A stretch of 47,764 nt of DNA, filler included, from Jimgerdemannia flammicorona (taxonomy: Eukaryota): assembly GCA_003990765.1 (NCBI GenBank). It is 2 parts of 2 records of this genome, joined end to end, with 100 filler letters (N's around TTAATTAATTAA, not from the genome) between each part and the next. Parts side by side here need not be neighbours in the genome. Positions count along the whole stretch, not along the records: positions 1 to 23,832 come from RBNJ01001056.1; positions 23,933 to 47,764 come from RBNJ01001057.1. One strand, 5' to 3'. Shown in pieces: positions 22,651 to 33,398 of this stretch (positions are counted from its first letter, which is position 1; each line of letters opens with the position of its first letter). The notes under the pieces are model-generated. The model saw nothing but the letters and a program-made list of their open reading frames with translations, did not search any database and had not been told where the DNA came from. Position numbers and translations under genes: made by a program.

Positions 22651-23832
22651 CCTTTCTCTGCTACCTTACCGGTCACAAGGTTTGGTAGGCGACCTTCCGA
22701 GTCCCCTTTCCCCTATTATTACCCCCTCTACCTCGGGTTGGTTTGCTGTGCCTGTATGGGCATAGTGGGAGGAGGGCAATGGTGATGAGTTGCCTCTTTA
22801 TCAGTGTCAGATCGGTGTCTTCTCCACTTTTTCGCAGTTTCTGGTGTCTTCAGCTGCGTCTGAAGTGCATCCGTTTTGGTGCGGCGCCTTCTTCCTTTTG
22901 CCATCGTCAACAAGGTGCTGTCTCGGTGTGTCTCGGGCTACGTAGGGAGTCGGCTGACCTTGGGCATCAAGTGCTTAGTGTAGGTTACCTGCAGGTCCTC
23001 GGTGCCTATGGTGGGGCCCTCTGGCTTTGGCGAGCTTCCCGGCGAGCACGGTTCTGGCATAGGTGACTGCTTTTTGGGTGATGTCGGGATGGGAGGGGAG
23101 ATGGCCGTCACAGATAGGAGGAAGGGCGATTACGGTAAACCAGTGGGGTGCCAGGCTGGGGGCGGTCATCGGGGTTGGGGCAGACAATATTTCGGTGGGG
23201 CCTTTCGATTGGCTAGTGGGGGGTGGGCTGGTGCAGGGGCCGGCATCCTGGCTGTACCCAACTGGAACTGGGAGCTGACGCGGCAACGCGATCGAGGCCC
23301 GCAGGCTTGGGGAGTGGGACCTTCCTCATTTGGCAGTACCCAACTGGAACCGGGAGCTGACATGGCAACGTGATCGAGGCCCGCAGGCTCGGGGAGTGGG
23401 AGTGGGGTCTCTTCAGGCCCTAGCCTATGTGTAAGTCCTTTGAGGAAGGTGCTGCATATAAGTCCTTTACTCACCCGCTTTGAATCTACTTTGCTCTCTG
23501 TTGGTTGGTTGGGGGGTTTTTTTTCTTTGCCTCAGGCTTTCTTTTGGGGTTCGGGGGGCTATTCTTAATTCAGTCCCGGTGCTGCTAGATCCGACATGTA
23601 GGTGTGCTCTCGCGTGTAAACGATGATCCAGCCCTGGTGAGCAGACAAGTCTAGTCTATGTTGTTGGGGTCAACGTAGCCGGTGTTCGACAGGCATAGCT
23701 GGAGTGGTGGGACTGCTGGACAATTTCGTAGCCTAGGTTAATAGGGGGATATTGTTTGGTGGGTGGTGGGGGAGGGTTTTGGCCTATATAGTCTAGGTTC
23801 CCTTCCAATAAAATCCGCGGGACTTGAGTCCG
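22651..23832 (+). mobile_element. ~1.18-kb non-autonomous retroposon, copy 1 (least mutated; runs into the gap)
   Basis: Homologous to 28835-29968 and 33399-34586 with the same 5' start CCTTTCTCTGCTACC. AATAAA at ~23808. Internal ~66-bp duplication at 23254-23320 / 23336-23401. Confidence 0.85.
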
Positions 23833-23931
23833 NNNNNNNNNNNNNNNNNNNNNNNNNNNNNNNNNNNNNNNNNNNNTTAATTAATTAANNNNNNNNNNNN
23901 NNNNNNNNNNNNNNNNNNNNNNNNNNNNNNN
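23833..23931. other. Assembly gap with artificial linker N-TTAATTAATTAA-N, followed by low-quality poly-G
   Basis: A palindromic 12-mer giving stops in all six frames, embedded in Ns, typical of contig-joining spacers. Confidence 0.92.
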
Positions 23932-23941
23932 NGGGGGGGGT

Positions 23942-23977
<36 letters not shown>

Positions 23978-24135
23978 TTTTTTTTGGTGGGGGGGGGGGG
24001 AGGGGGGGAGATGTGTTAGGTTATTTTACCTACAGAAAATTGTGGCCGATCTAACGCCTTAACCACCTCCTGAATTGTTCCTCGGCCCCTTCTCGACCAT
24101 CACGCGTCCCACTGTCCTGGTACGTGCGCATGCTA

Positions 24136-24445
24136 ACTCTCTAAACCTTAACAGCTTTGGAGTTGCCATATCCCCAGCCCGGATCCCCTGCACGGCGCTG
24201 TACCTCCTTGCCTCGAGCTTCAATCACGCGTGCCCCCGACGCACACGGCGGACGTGACATGGCCGCTTGGGACGAACGAGCTTGTTGTGCGGCTTCGGCG
24301 GAACGTCGCAGAGGGGGAGCAGGTGTTTGTGAGTTATATTGGAGATGCGGAGGCCGAGGTTTGGAGTAGGGAAGAGAGGAGGACGTGGTTATGGGAGCAG
24401 TATGGCATTGCGTGTCGGTGTCGGAGATGTAAAGGAGAGGGTTGA
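24136..24445 (+). CDS. 3' end of a SMYD-type SET-domain lysine methyltransferase (5' part lost in the gap; 1-nt frameshift at ~24233)
   Basis: LNSFGV..TALYLLASSFNHACP / TADVTW..NELVVRLRRNVAEGEQVFVSYI..REERRTWLWEQYGIACRCRRC: SET NHxC and GEE-x-x-SY motifs plus post-SET CxCxxC. Confidence 0.85.
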
Positions 24446-24670
24446 GAGGAGCCCCGTTGAATATGGGGCGAGGTGAGAGCCAAAGCTCGAAAAATCGATA
24501 TATTGCGATCGATATTATTCTTTAAATAAGGCAAAACTGAAAATGAGGTGAAATATGTCCGAAAGTGTATAGTTATAGAACGCACATATACCCAAGACGT
24601 ATAACAAAACTTCCATCGCTACAATCATTTCCAACTCCATCCACCTATACCTCCCATACCTCCTATACCA

Positions 24671-27097
24671 TCAACCACTCTTGACCTCTCCCTTCTCCTC
24701 CCCGTCCTCTTCTTCCACGCTCCCCGCCTCTTCTTCCAACACCCTAATCAAATCCCCCCTCTCACTCAACTCTTTCTCGGCCCACTCCTTAACTCTCTTC
24801 CTCGCCCCCTTTACCCCGCCCTTCCTCGCAAATGCCAACAAAGTTCTGACGGTCTTCTCATCGATTTCAATCACCCCACCTCTCGGTCTAGGGCCACCCT
24901 CACCGCCCTTCCCCATCTTCCTCACGACTGCAAACGCCTCCTCCCACGCCTTCTCCGTACGCTCAGCCTTCTCACCTCCCGCGAGGGGCGTTCTGCTCAC
25001 GCACTCGACGAACGAGCACCAGTTATTCACGTTAGCCGGGAATCCCTTGCGCGTCAGCCACATCCAGATCTCCCTCGCCTGGTTTCCGCGCCCATTATGC
25101 CCACATGCATCAAGAACAATCGATACCGTAACATTATCGAACGCAAACTCCGTCCGGTTCCCATTCGCTTCCGCCACATCCCCGCCGGACGCCTGGACGA
25201 GTGTATCCCAAATCCTCAAGACGGCGATAACGTCCTCAGCGCGAGAGAAGGCATTCATGAGGGCGTTGTAAACGGCGATGTCTGGATCTAGGTGTAGATC
25301 GACCTTGATAAGCCTGTGGACATGCTCGACGAGCGCCAGGTCTGTTCCGCGCGGGTCGCGGGCGGCGGCAGCGAGGAGGGCGGTGTAAATGTACGAATTC
25401 GAGCTGACGCGGTAGGAGCGCATGTCGGCGAAGAGGTCGAGCGCTGTTTCGAACGCGTAGTTTTCGTCGTCGGTGGTGTCGTGCTTCGTGAGGGCAGAAA
25501 TGAGGGCAGCGTAGAATGTCGTGTCGAGGCGTGGTGAGGGGAGGGGCTGGTCGCGGAGGAAACGATATGTCTCCATGGCGTGGTTCAGCTCTCCAGCATT
25601 GATGTACGCGACGATCAAGCTCGTGTACACTGCCACATCAGGCTTGTAGCTCACGGCCCCACCGGGTCCTCCCGTTTTCGGAGTTGCAAACACCTCATCA
25701 AACACACTCTGCGCCCCCGCAGCATCGCCATTCTTAGCCATCCTGTCCAAGACGACTTTCCAGACCCCCGCTTCCATCCCAACGCCATAGCCATACTCGT
25801 TCACAGCCCCTTTGACCCTCTCCATTGCCTCACTTGTCCTCCCAGCGGCGACCAAGGCCGTGACGAGCCCTGCAAGGACGCGTTCGTTTGGTGTGACGCG
25901 AGCGATGCGCATGTCATCGTACAGAGCCATGGCTGCTTGCGGGTTGCCTAGCTTAGACTGCGTGTCCATGAGGATGCCGTAGGTGACGACGTCGGGGTCG
26001 ATTCCGCTGTTGCGCATGTCTCCAAACACGGCGTGGGCGGAGGCGGGGATGTCGTGTTTGAGGCAGGCGTCGAAGAGGGTGTTGTATGTGACGATGTCCG
26101 GTTGTACGTTGGGAAAGAGCGTGGGCATGTTGTTGTAGATCCTTAAGGCCTCTTTGACACCATCGATGTTGAACGCGAGGAATTTTAGCAGAGTGTTAAC
26201 GGTAGTGATATCGACCTGTTGACGGAGGCGCGCACGGCGCGGAGAGAGGATGTCGTCGTGTAGGAGATTACCCATGGAGATGTTATCGAGATGGGTTGCG
26301 GCGGAGAGGAGGGTGGCGTAGGTGAATGTGTCTGGGTCAATGCCGACCACGAGCATGTTGGTGTAGATGGCGTAGGCATCCTGGAGGCGGTCGTGCTTGA
26401 GGTAGAGATCGATCATTGTGTTGAAGGTGACGGTATCCCGGGGGATGTTGTGGTCAAGCATGTCGTTGTAAACGTGGACCGCACCTTTGCTATCTCGGGC
26501 CCGTTTGAAGGCGGCGATGATGGTGTTGTATGTGTGCGTTACGGGGGCGACGTCGTTCTCGCGCATAAGGGCGAGAAGGCGGAGAGATTCGGTGGGGTTG
26601 CCGTGGAGGCCGTGAGCATGCATAAGGCAGTGGTATTCGAAATTGAGGGGTTTGATGCCAAATTTGTCGTGCATATCGGAGAAAAGGCGGGAGAGGAGTT
26701 CGAGGTCGGCGCTGTTTTTACTCTTGTGGAGGGCGAGCATGGCGTTACGAAAGGAGGGTTGGGTCAGGTGGCACGAGGCTTCGGGATCGGCGAGGATATG
26801 GCGGTAGGTGGAGTGGAGGAGGGGAAAGTTTGATTTGGAGGAGGCCTCTTCGAAGGCATTGAGGAGGTCGGCTGAGGATGTGGTGATAGGAGTGGGGACG
26901 GTTGCCGAGGTTCGTATTTGGGCTTCGGTCGGCTGTGAAGGGGGGGGGTTAGCTGGGCCTGTGGTGAAACGGACTAGGGGAACGACCGGACGCTGTTGTG
27001 GTAGTGAGGGCGTGCGCTCTACTGCGACAGCCAAGGTGGCCCACGTGGGGCTACGGCGTGCGACGCGAGAGAAGGCTGTCCTCGCCGGCAGCAGCAT
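24671..27097 (-). CDS. Pentatricopeptide-repeat (PPR) protein, 808 aa, probably mitochondrial RNA-binding
   Basis: Single open frame from ATG 27097 (MLLPARTAFSRVARRS, presequence-like). Many 35-aa PPR motifs (THTYNTIIAAF, DTVTFNTMIDLY, PDIVTYNTLFDAC, PDVVTYGILMD, PDIAVYNALMNAF). Confidence 0.95.
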   Translation of the reverse strand: MLLPARTAFSRVARRSPTWATLAVAVERTPSLPQQRPVVPLVRFTTGPANPPPSQPTEAQIRTSATVPTPITTSSADLLNAFEEASSKSNFPLLHSTYRHILADPEASCHLTQPSFRNAMLALHKSKNSADLELLSRLFSDMHDKFGIKPLNFEYHCLMHAHGLHGNPTESLRLLALMRENDVAPVTHTYNTIIAAFKRARDSKGAVHVYNDMLDHNIPRDTVTFNTMIDLYLKHDRLQDAYAIYTNMLVVGIDPDTFTYATLLSAATHLDNISMGNLLHDDILSPRRARLRQQVDITTVNTLLKFLAFNIDGVKEALRIYNNMPTLFPNVQPDIVTYNTLFDACLKHDIPASAHAVFGDMRNSGIDPDVVTYGILMDTQSKLGNPQAAMALYDDMRIARVTPNERVLAGLVTALVAAGRTSEAMERVKGAVNEYGYGVGMEAGVWKVVLDRMAKNGDAAGAQSVFDEVFATPKTGGPGGAVSYKPDVAVYTSLIVAYINAGELNHAMETYRFLRDQPLPSPRLDTTFYAALISALTKHDTTDDENYAFETALDLFADMRSYRVSSNSYIYTALLAAAARDPRGTDLALVEHVHRLIKVDLHLDPDIAVYNALMNAFSRAEDVIAVLRIWDTLVQASGGDVAEANGNRTEFAFDNVTVSIVLDACGHNGRGNQAREIWMWLTRKGFPANVNNWCSFVECVSRTPLAGGEKAERTEKAWEEAFAVVRKMGKGGEGGPRPRGGVIEIDEKTVRTLLAFARKGGVKGARKRVKEWAEKELSERGDLIRVLEEEAGSVEEEDGEEKGEVKSG

Positions 27098-27269
27098 CGT
27101 CTTGAAGTGTTCAAAAAAGTCCCAAACCCAAACCCAAACCCAGATCAGGAACCACACGCTGATTGCATCATCACTCCCGAAACACCCGTCACAGAAAAAT
27201 AATTCAAGCCTCACCGCCCTCAGGTCGCCCTACTTACTTTTCAAGCCACACCCTCATAAGCCATCACAA
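27098..27269. promoter_or_regulatory. 172-bp divergent promoter shared by the PPR gene and BCP1, with a (CCCAAA)3CCC tract
   Basis: Head-to-head ATGs at 27097(-) and 27270(+). CCCAAACCCAAACCCAAACCC at 27121-27141. Confidence 0.75.
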
Positions 27270-28518
27270 ATGAGCAAGCGGAAGACACAAGACCTCCACG
27301 AAAAACCCCCCGTCGACATGGACGTCGACAACCATCCCGAAAACGACCACCCCGACGACAGCAATGATGACGCCGACGACGACGACGACGACGACCTCCA
27401 GCACCTGGTGGACGTGGACTTTGAGTTCTTTGACCCCAAACCCGTCGACTTCCATGCCCTCAAGCGCCTGCTCACCCAGCTCTTCTCCGCCGACGCCGAA
27501 CTTTTCAGCCTCTCTGAACTGACAGACCTGATCCTCAGCCAGCCCTTGCTCGGCTCTACCGTCAAGGTCGACGGATCCGAGTCAGACCCCTTCGCGCTCC
27601 TGACCGTGTTGAACATGAATGAACACAAGGTAACCAAATTTACCCTTGACTCTCTCAAGTCATTTTGAAATTCTCCCTTCCACTTGCATACCCCATTGAC
27701 TTTCCCTTTTGACATCTATCACAGGATAAGAAACCAATCCAGGAGCTTCGCAAGTACCTCCTCGAAAAGATCCCTAAGAAGGACACCGCCCTGCAGTCCT
27801 CCCTCTCCGAGATTCTGTCGGCCGACCGGCCGCAGAGCAGGGACGTGGGCATTATATTGTCGGAGCGGCTGGTCAACATGCCTGTGCAGATTGTCCCGCC
27901 TATGTACAAGATGCTTATGGAGGAGATAGAATGGGCCGTCGAGGACGTGAGTATTATCTTCTTCGTTCGTGCAGTACAGCGTGGTTGAGGGGTCAGTGTG
28001 TGCTTCTTGATGCGTGTTCGTGTAATTTGGTTGTAATCGTGCTCGTGCTGTTTCCAGAAAGAACCATACGACTTCGAATGGTATGTGATCCTCTCCAAAA
28101 CTTACAAAGAGGTTGCCCCGACCGCTGACGACGACGACGACCCCGAGCCCAAACCGAAGAAGAAAAGGGCCAAAATGGTATGTCCCCCCTCCGCCCCTTC
28201 CCGCTTTTTACCTCTTCCACACCCCTTCCAATTCCCCATCTCCTACTCCCTCCTTCCGACCCTCCCGTCCTCAATCCACAGCACCAATCGCCCGCGGACC
28301 CGGTGACGTTCTATTTCCATCCTGAGGACGAGATCATCGCGCGGTACTCGTCGCATGCGTACGACTTCCGACTCACGCGTCAGGACGCCGATTCCGCGGC
28401 GGACTCGCGGCGCACCTTCTCCGAATTCGGTATAGCCCCCGCTAGGCGCGTATTTGTCGTCCGGGCGGATAGAATGGCCGCACTCATTGAAGAGATGGAT
28501 AGTGCGTGTGCGGTATGA
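27270..28518 (+). CDS. BCP1: Bcp1/BCCIP family 60S biogenesis factor, 312 aa; exons 27270-27629, 27725-27946, 28058-28177, 28282-28518
   Basis: Acidic N-terminus, then VDVDFEFFDPKPVDFHALKRLLTQLF, GSTVKVDGSESDPFALLTVLN, GIILSERLVNMPVQIVPPMYKML and FHPEDE. Three phase-0 GT-AG introns join into one frame. Confidence 0.95.
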
Positions 28519-28834
28519 TGAGGTGGAGGTGAGAGAGAGGAAAGACGAGGGGAGGAAGGATAGGTCGGTGTATATTGCGGAGGACGACGAGATTGAATTT
28601 GCGCTATTGTATTAAAATGCATATATAATGAACACATATTTTCGTCGTGCGCAAAAGTGACTGTTTGGCGTTTTAATGGGGATCCCAGACCTCTCCCGAC
28701 CGACCGACCGACCAAGACTGTGTTGGGCGATTATGGGGTTTGTGTGATGTCAGTGAAATGGAAGGATATCCTCTTTTGCGCGGGTTTATGTGTATTGTAT
28801 GGCCTGTTCATTGAGACACCAGCTTAGGCATCTC

Positions 28835-29968
28835 CCTTTCTCTGCTACCATACCAGTCACAAGGTTTTGGTAGGCAACCTTCCAAATCCCTTTTCTACAA
28901 CTTATACTTCCTCTACCTCAGGTTGGTTTACTGTACCTATTGCAAGGCAGTGGGAGAGAAGCAATGGTGATGTATTGCCCCTTTATCAATATCAGATCAG
29001 TGTTTTTTCTACTTTTTGGTAGTTTTTGGTACCTCTAGCTATATCTGAGGTATATTCATTTTGGTGCAGTACCTTCTTTCTTTTACTGTTATCAATAAGG
29101 TGTTATTATGATATATTATAGATTATATAGAGAGTCAGCTGATCTTGAGTATCAAGTACCAGTGTAGGTTATTTACAGATTATTAGTATCTGTGGTAGAG
29201 TCCTCTGAGCTTTGATGAGCTTTTTGATAAATATAGTTCTGATATAGATGACTGTTTTTGGATAGAGTTAGGATGAAAAGAGAGATAGTCATCATAGATA
29301 AGAGAAAGAGTAATTATGGTGAACCAGTAGAGTGCCAGATTAGAGGTAGTTATCAGGATTAAGATGGGTATTATCTCAGTGAGACCTTTTGATTGGCTGA
29401 CAGAGAGTAGGGCAGTATAGTGGCCAGTATTCTGGCTGTACTCAATGAAACTAAGAGCTGATATAGTAATATAATCAAGATCCACAGACTTGAGAAGTAG
29501 GACCTTTCTTATTTAGTAGTATCTGACTAGAACCAGGAGCTAATATAGTAATATGATTAAGGCTAGCAGGCTCAGAGAGTAAGATTGAAGTTTTTTTAGA
29601 CCTTAGTCTATATATCAGTCCTTTTGAGAGAGTCTCATATATAAGTCTTTTACTTACTTACCAAGAATCTATTCTACTTTTTATTGATTAGTTGAAGGGT
29701 TTTTTCTTTATCTCTGACTTTTATTTAGAGTTAGAGAGATTATATTGTTCAGTCTTAATATTACTGAATCTGATATATAGATGTACTCTTGTAATATTAG
29801 TCTGATGATCTAGCTCTGATAAATAGATAAGTCTAATCTATATATATAGTAAGAGTTAGTATATTCAATATATATAGCTAGAATGGTAAAACTACATATT
29901 CTCTCTATAGTCTAAGAATAATGAGAGAATAGTACTTAGAGAGAGAGTAGGAGAGAGTTTTAGTCTAT
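28835..29968 (+). mobile_element. ~1.18-kb non-autonomous retroposon, copy 2 (most mutated; 3' tail missing)
   Basis: Colinear with copy 1 from the identical 5' start. CpG is absent and TpA enriched. Confidence 0.85.
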
Positions 29969-32900
29969 CAGAAAATCAATCTATATAAATTACATATCAC
30001 ATTTTGAGGACTTAACTGAAAAAGTTTTCTAAAGACTTGACCATCTGGCTCAAGAACTTAACAGCCATCTATAGTAGAGGATTTAAAAGAAACTAGCCAA
30101 CAGCAGTCTGTTTTAGAAATAGAAGTATACACTATTATCAGGATAGCTTTCATCTTGTTCAGAGCCAGTAGTCAAGAAACTGAATCAGAAGAAAGAAGTG
30201 ATATAGATTATAGTTTAATCTCAAAAAAAAAGATGTCTCAGAGGACAACCTGAGTCTATATAGACCTAAGGTCCAGAATAAGAAGAAGATTTTCCTGAAG
30301 AATACCAGACTCTAATCTACAGAAGAGATTTAGGCAAAAGTAATTACATTACTACTATTATCATCTAAGCCATATTACTGAATTAAGTATATTTTTAAAT
30401 ATCTGAAAAAGAAGAAAATTACTATTCTTATCTTTTAGAATAAGAGAAAGATAGTAATTAGAAAATCTAATTAGATTACTTAAGAGATAAATTCAACCTT
30501 TATCACTACTTAGACAGAAACATAGACCCTTGATAAGATGAACAGAACTCTACTACTTCACAACAGCAAGGGGCAGATGAACTAAACATTAGCTACATTA
30601 GTCTTATTTCAATTACCAAAATCTCAGTATCTTGATCTTTTATATCCTGATACTATTCTCAAGAGATAAGAAGCTCTAGTCCTCTCAGTATCTTAGTATT
30701 TAGTAATTGCTATTGCTTAGTTAGAGAACTATCACTATTAAGAACTACTATTCTAGTTTTAATTAAAAAGACCAGACTCTCTCATCCTCACCAAGACACT
30801 ACCTTTTATCAGTACTATTAGTTCATTAAGCATCTCTACTATCTCTATCCTAAGCATTATTAAGAAACTCTATTCTAAAACTAGACTCAGACAGTAAAGA
30901 TAAACCAGACATAAGCTATTTTCAGAAATTCCATAATATAGATAGTGAATATATTAAGGAATTCTTTAGAGAAATTGAAGTACAAGTAGCAGCCAAGTAG
31001 TAGAATGCCTACAGAAAGCTCAGGATTGTAGAATCACTTCTGAGAGATCCTACTCTATAGAAGTATAATCAAGTAAAGTAAATTGGAGGAGATATCTATA
31101 GAACAGAATAAGTCAACAATTTTCAAGTAAATAAAGACTATGTAGATAGATATAAATAAAGACTATGCAGACAGATATAACATCCATAAGGCCTGACTCC
31201 ACACTCAGTTCAATAGACTTAAGTATTAATAAGAAGTATAAAAAGCTTTGATCTATATGAGCCAAGCTACTAATAAAATTCTAAAAAGCTTCTATTATTG
31301 AATTTAAGCTCAAATGATTAAGACAAACTTACAACCTATAGTCTAACTAGTTCTGATCTCAACTACCTTCCTCAATGAAATATTCCCAGAGCTTCAAAGA
31401 TAAGTTATTAGAATAAATTATTAAAGTATTGAGTAATAAGTTGCTAGAGCACAAAAATGTTGGAAAGCAGACTATAAATTACTCCAGTAGATATAGGAAT
31501 ATTGAGAAACAACTTAAGTTGAAATCTCAAGAACTTGCAGAATGACTCTAGAATAAAAAAATACCTACTTGAGAGCTCAGTTGGCTAACTATGAGACCAG
31601 ACCCCTATTCTCAATTCTAACTTAGTATAGATAATAATAGCAACTCCCACCAAGAACTCAAGAAGACACTATAATAATACTTACTAAATAAATAAAAGAT
31701 CTAGCTATTATAGTTACTCAGTTAAAGAACTAAGAAAGAAGATAGTAAGATTATTATCAAGATAATAAACCAGACTACCAACAGTAAAATAGCAGAAGCT
31801 CTACTCAGGCCCCACTAGTTATAACCATAGATTTATCAGTGATAGGTTTCTATATCTCAACTTATTTTAACTGTGGAAACTAAGGTCACATTCAGAGATT
31901 CTGCTCAAAGTAACAGACTCTGTCTAATGATAAAAATGTCAACCTCATTTAGATAGATGAAGAAACTTGAGAAATGGAAGAAAAAGCTATCTGGCTTCAT
32001 GATCAAGATGATACTTATCTATACTATGAAGCCTTTTCTTTTAAGATAACTTGAAATATAGCATCTGCTCAGATCAGAGGATGAGGAAGACTTTTAAAGA
32101 CCCCACTTCCACCACTATTGACAGTAATCATATCTATAGGCAAATATCTGAGATATGGCCATTTTCTCCTCAGATACTCCTCTAGAGAAGGATAAGAGAA
32201 TTAGAAGAGATACTCCTGAATCAGAAGCTGGCCCATTGAGAGTATCAAGAAGTATCTCTCTGCTTGACCTTGAAGAAGAAGAACACATGAGTATAGAATT
32301 TTCAGCTGACAAAATATCCAATAGAAATGAGAGGATTTATCCTAAGAGACCTAGACATCAAAAGAGTAGTAAACTCTATAAAGCAGCATTACTTTGAGAA
32401 CACCTCCATACTCAGAATATAGGCCTTACATTTAAATAAGTCCTTAAGAATATACCAGAAGTTAGGTAAAAATTTCTAAAGGAAGCCAAAGAAGATATCA
32501 AGAGAATTCTTATCCAAGAACTATATATATTGGAGCTTAGTACTATCTATACAGTTTATAAACACCAGTACCAAGAACATCAATCTATAAGACTAGCTAA
32601 TGGAAAAGTACATAGTGAAAATATCCAAATTCTTGTTAATACTAGAGTAGTAGTTTACATTATTACTTAGTAAATATTAGAAATAATTAGATAGAGAATT
32701 GATGAAAGAATGAAAGTGAGAGTTATCATAGCAGATGGATCAGCATTCACTCCTCTTAGACTAGTCAGAGATATACTCATTTAAGTTGAAAAGATCTGTC
32801 TCAATATATCTTAAGCTATTATAACCCCAGTAATCTTCTATGATCTAATCCTGGGAACTAACTGGTTGCACCAAGTTGGAGCTAATATAGATATCAAGAA

Positions 32901-33398
32901 GCAACTTCTAGTCTTCACCTTTTATAGACAAAAGTACAAGATACTAATTGAGTCAAAAGAATTAAGAAAAGTAAGTCAGGTCTCTAAAATAAAATAGCAA
33001 AGATATAGATATATATATATCTACTACTACTGAGGATAAAAGTGAAGCAAATTTTCTATAAGAACTAGAAAGTAATTTTGATACTCCTAGAGACTCTAAA
33101 AGTAGTCAATAAGATCTTTTTGTTGATGAGTGAAAATGGTTATAATATTCACACATATCTAGGTAGAAGGCTTATATAATTCAGTTTTTCTTCAAAGGTA
33201 GAGATAGTTATATAGATAGTCCTATATATTTATATGCTACTTCTTTACTGATAGCTTAATTGATACTTTCTTCCAGGCTTTCAGTATTGATTACTCTAAG
33301 GAATAACTGTAGTGACTGTCAAATTCTTGATCTTAAAAAGGATTCAATACTAGCAATTGAAGATAAGGATAAGTTAAAATAAGTTTCTCAAAAATTCC

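Noticed and set aside
22728..23474. Protein-coding capacity of the 1.18-kb repeat (similar short ORFs in all three copies)
   Set aside because: The similarity follows from DNA homology. The frames are short, broken differently in each copy and have no recognisable motif.
23615..23720. Hammerhead ribozyme or tRNA-derived Pol III promoter in the 1.18-kb repeat
   Set aside because: CTGATGA appears only in the mutated copy 2, without a properly placed GAAA and stems. The GTTCGA and TAGC..AGTGG words are in the wrong order for A/B boxes.
23877..23888. Palindrome TTAATTAATTAA as a biological site
   Set aside because: It is embedded in Ns and gives stops in six frames, so it is an artificial scaffolding linker.
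23932..24010. Poly-G tract as a G-quadruplex or telomere
   Set aside because: It sits at a contig edge next to the gap and is most likely low-quality sequence.
24681..27715. Long antisense ORFs over the PPR and BCP1 genes, and the upstream extensions given in the ORF track (27214 and 26808 starts)
   Set aside because: These are shadows of GC-rich coding sequence. The ATGs at 27097 and 27270 give family-typical N-termini.
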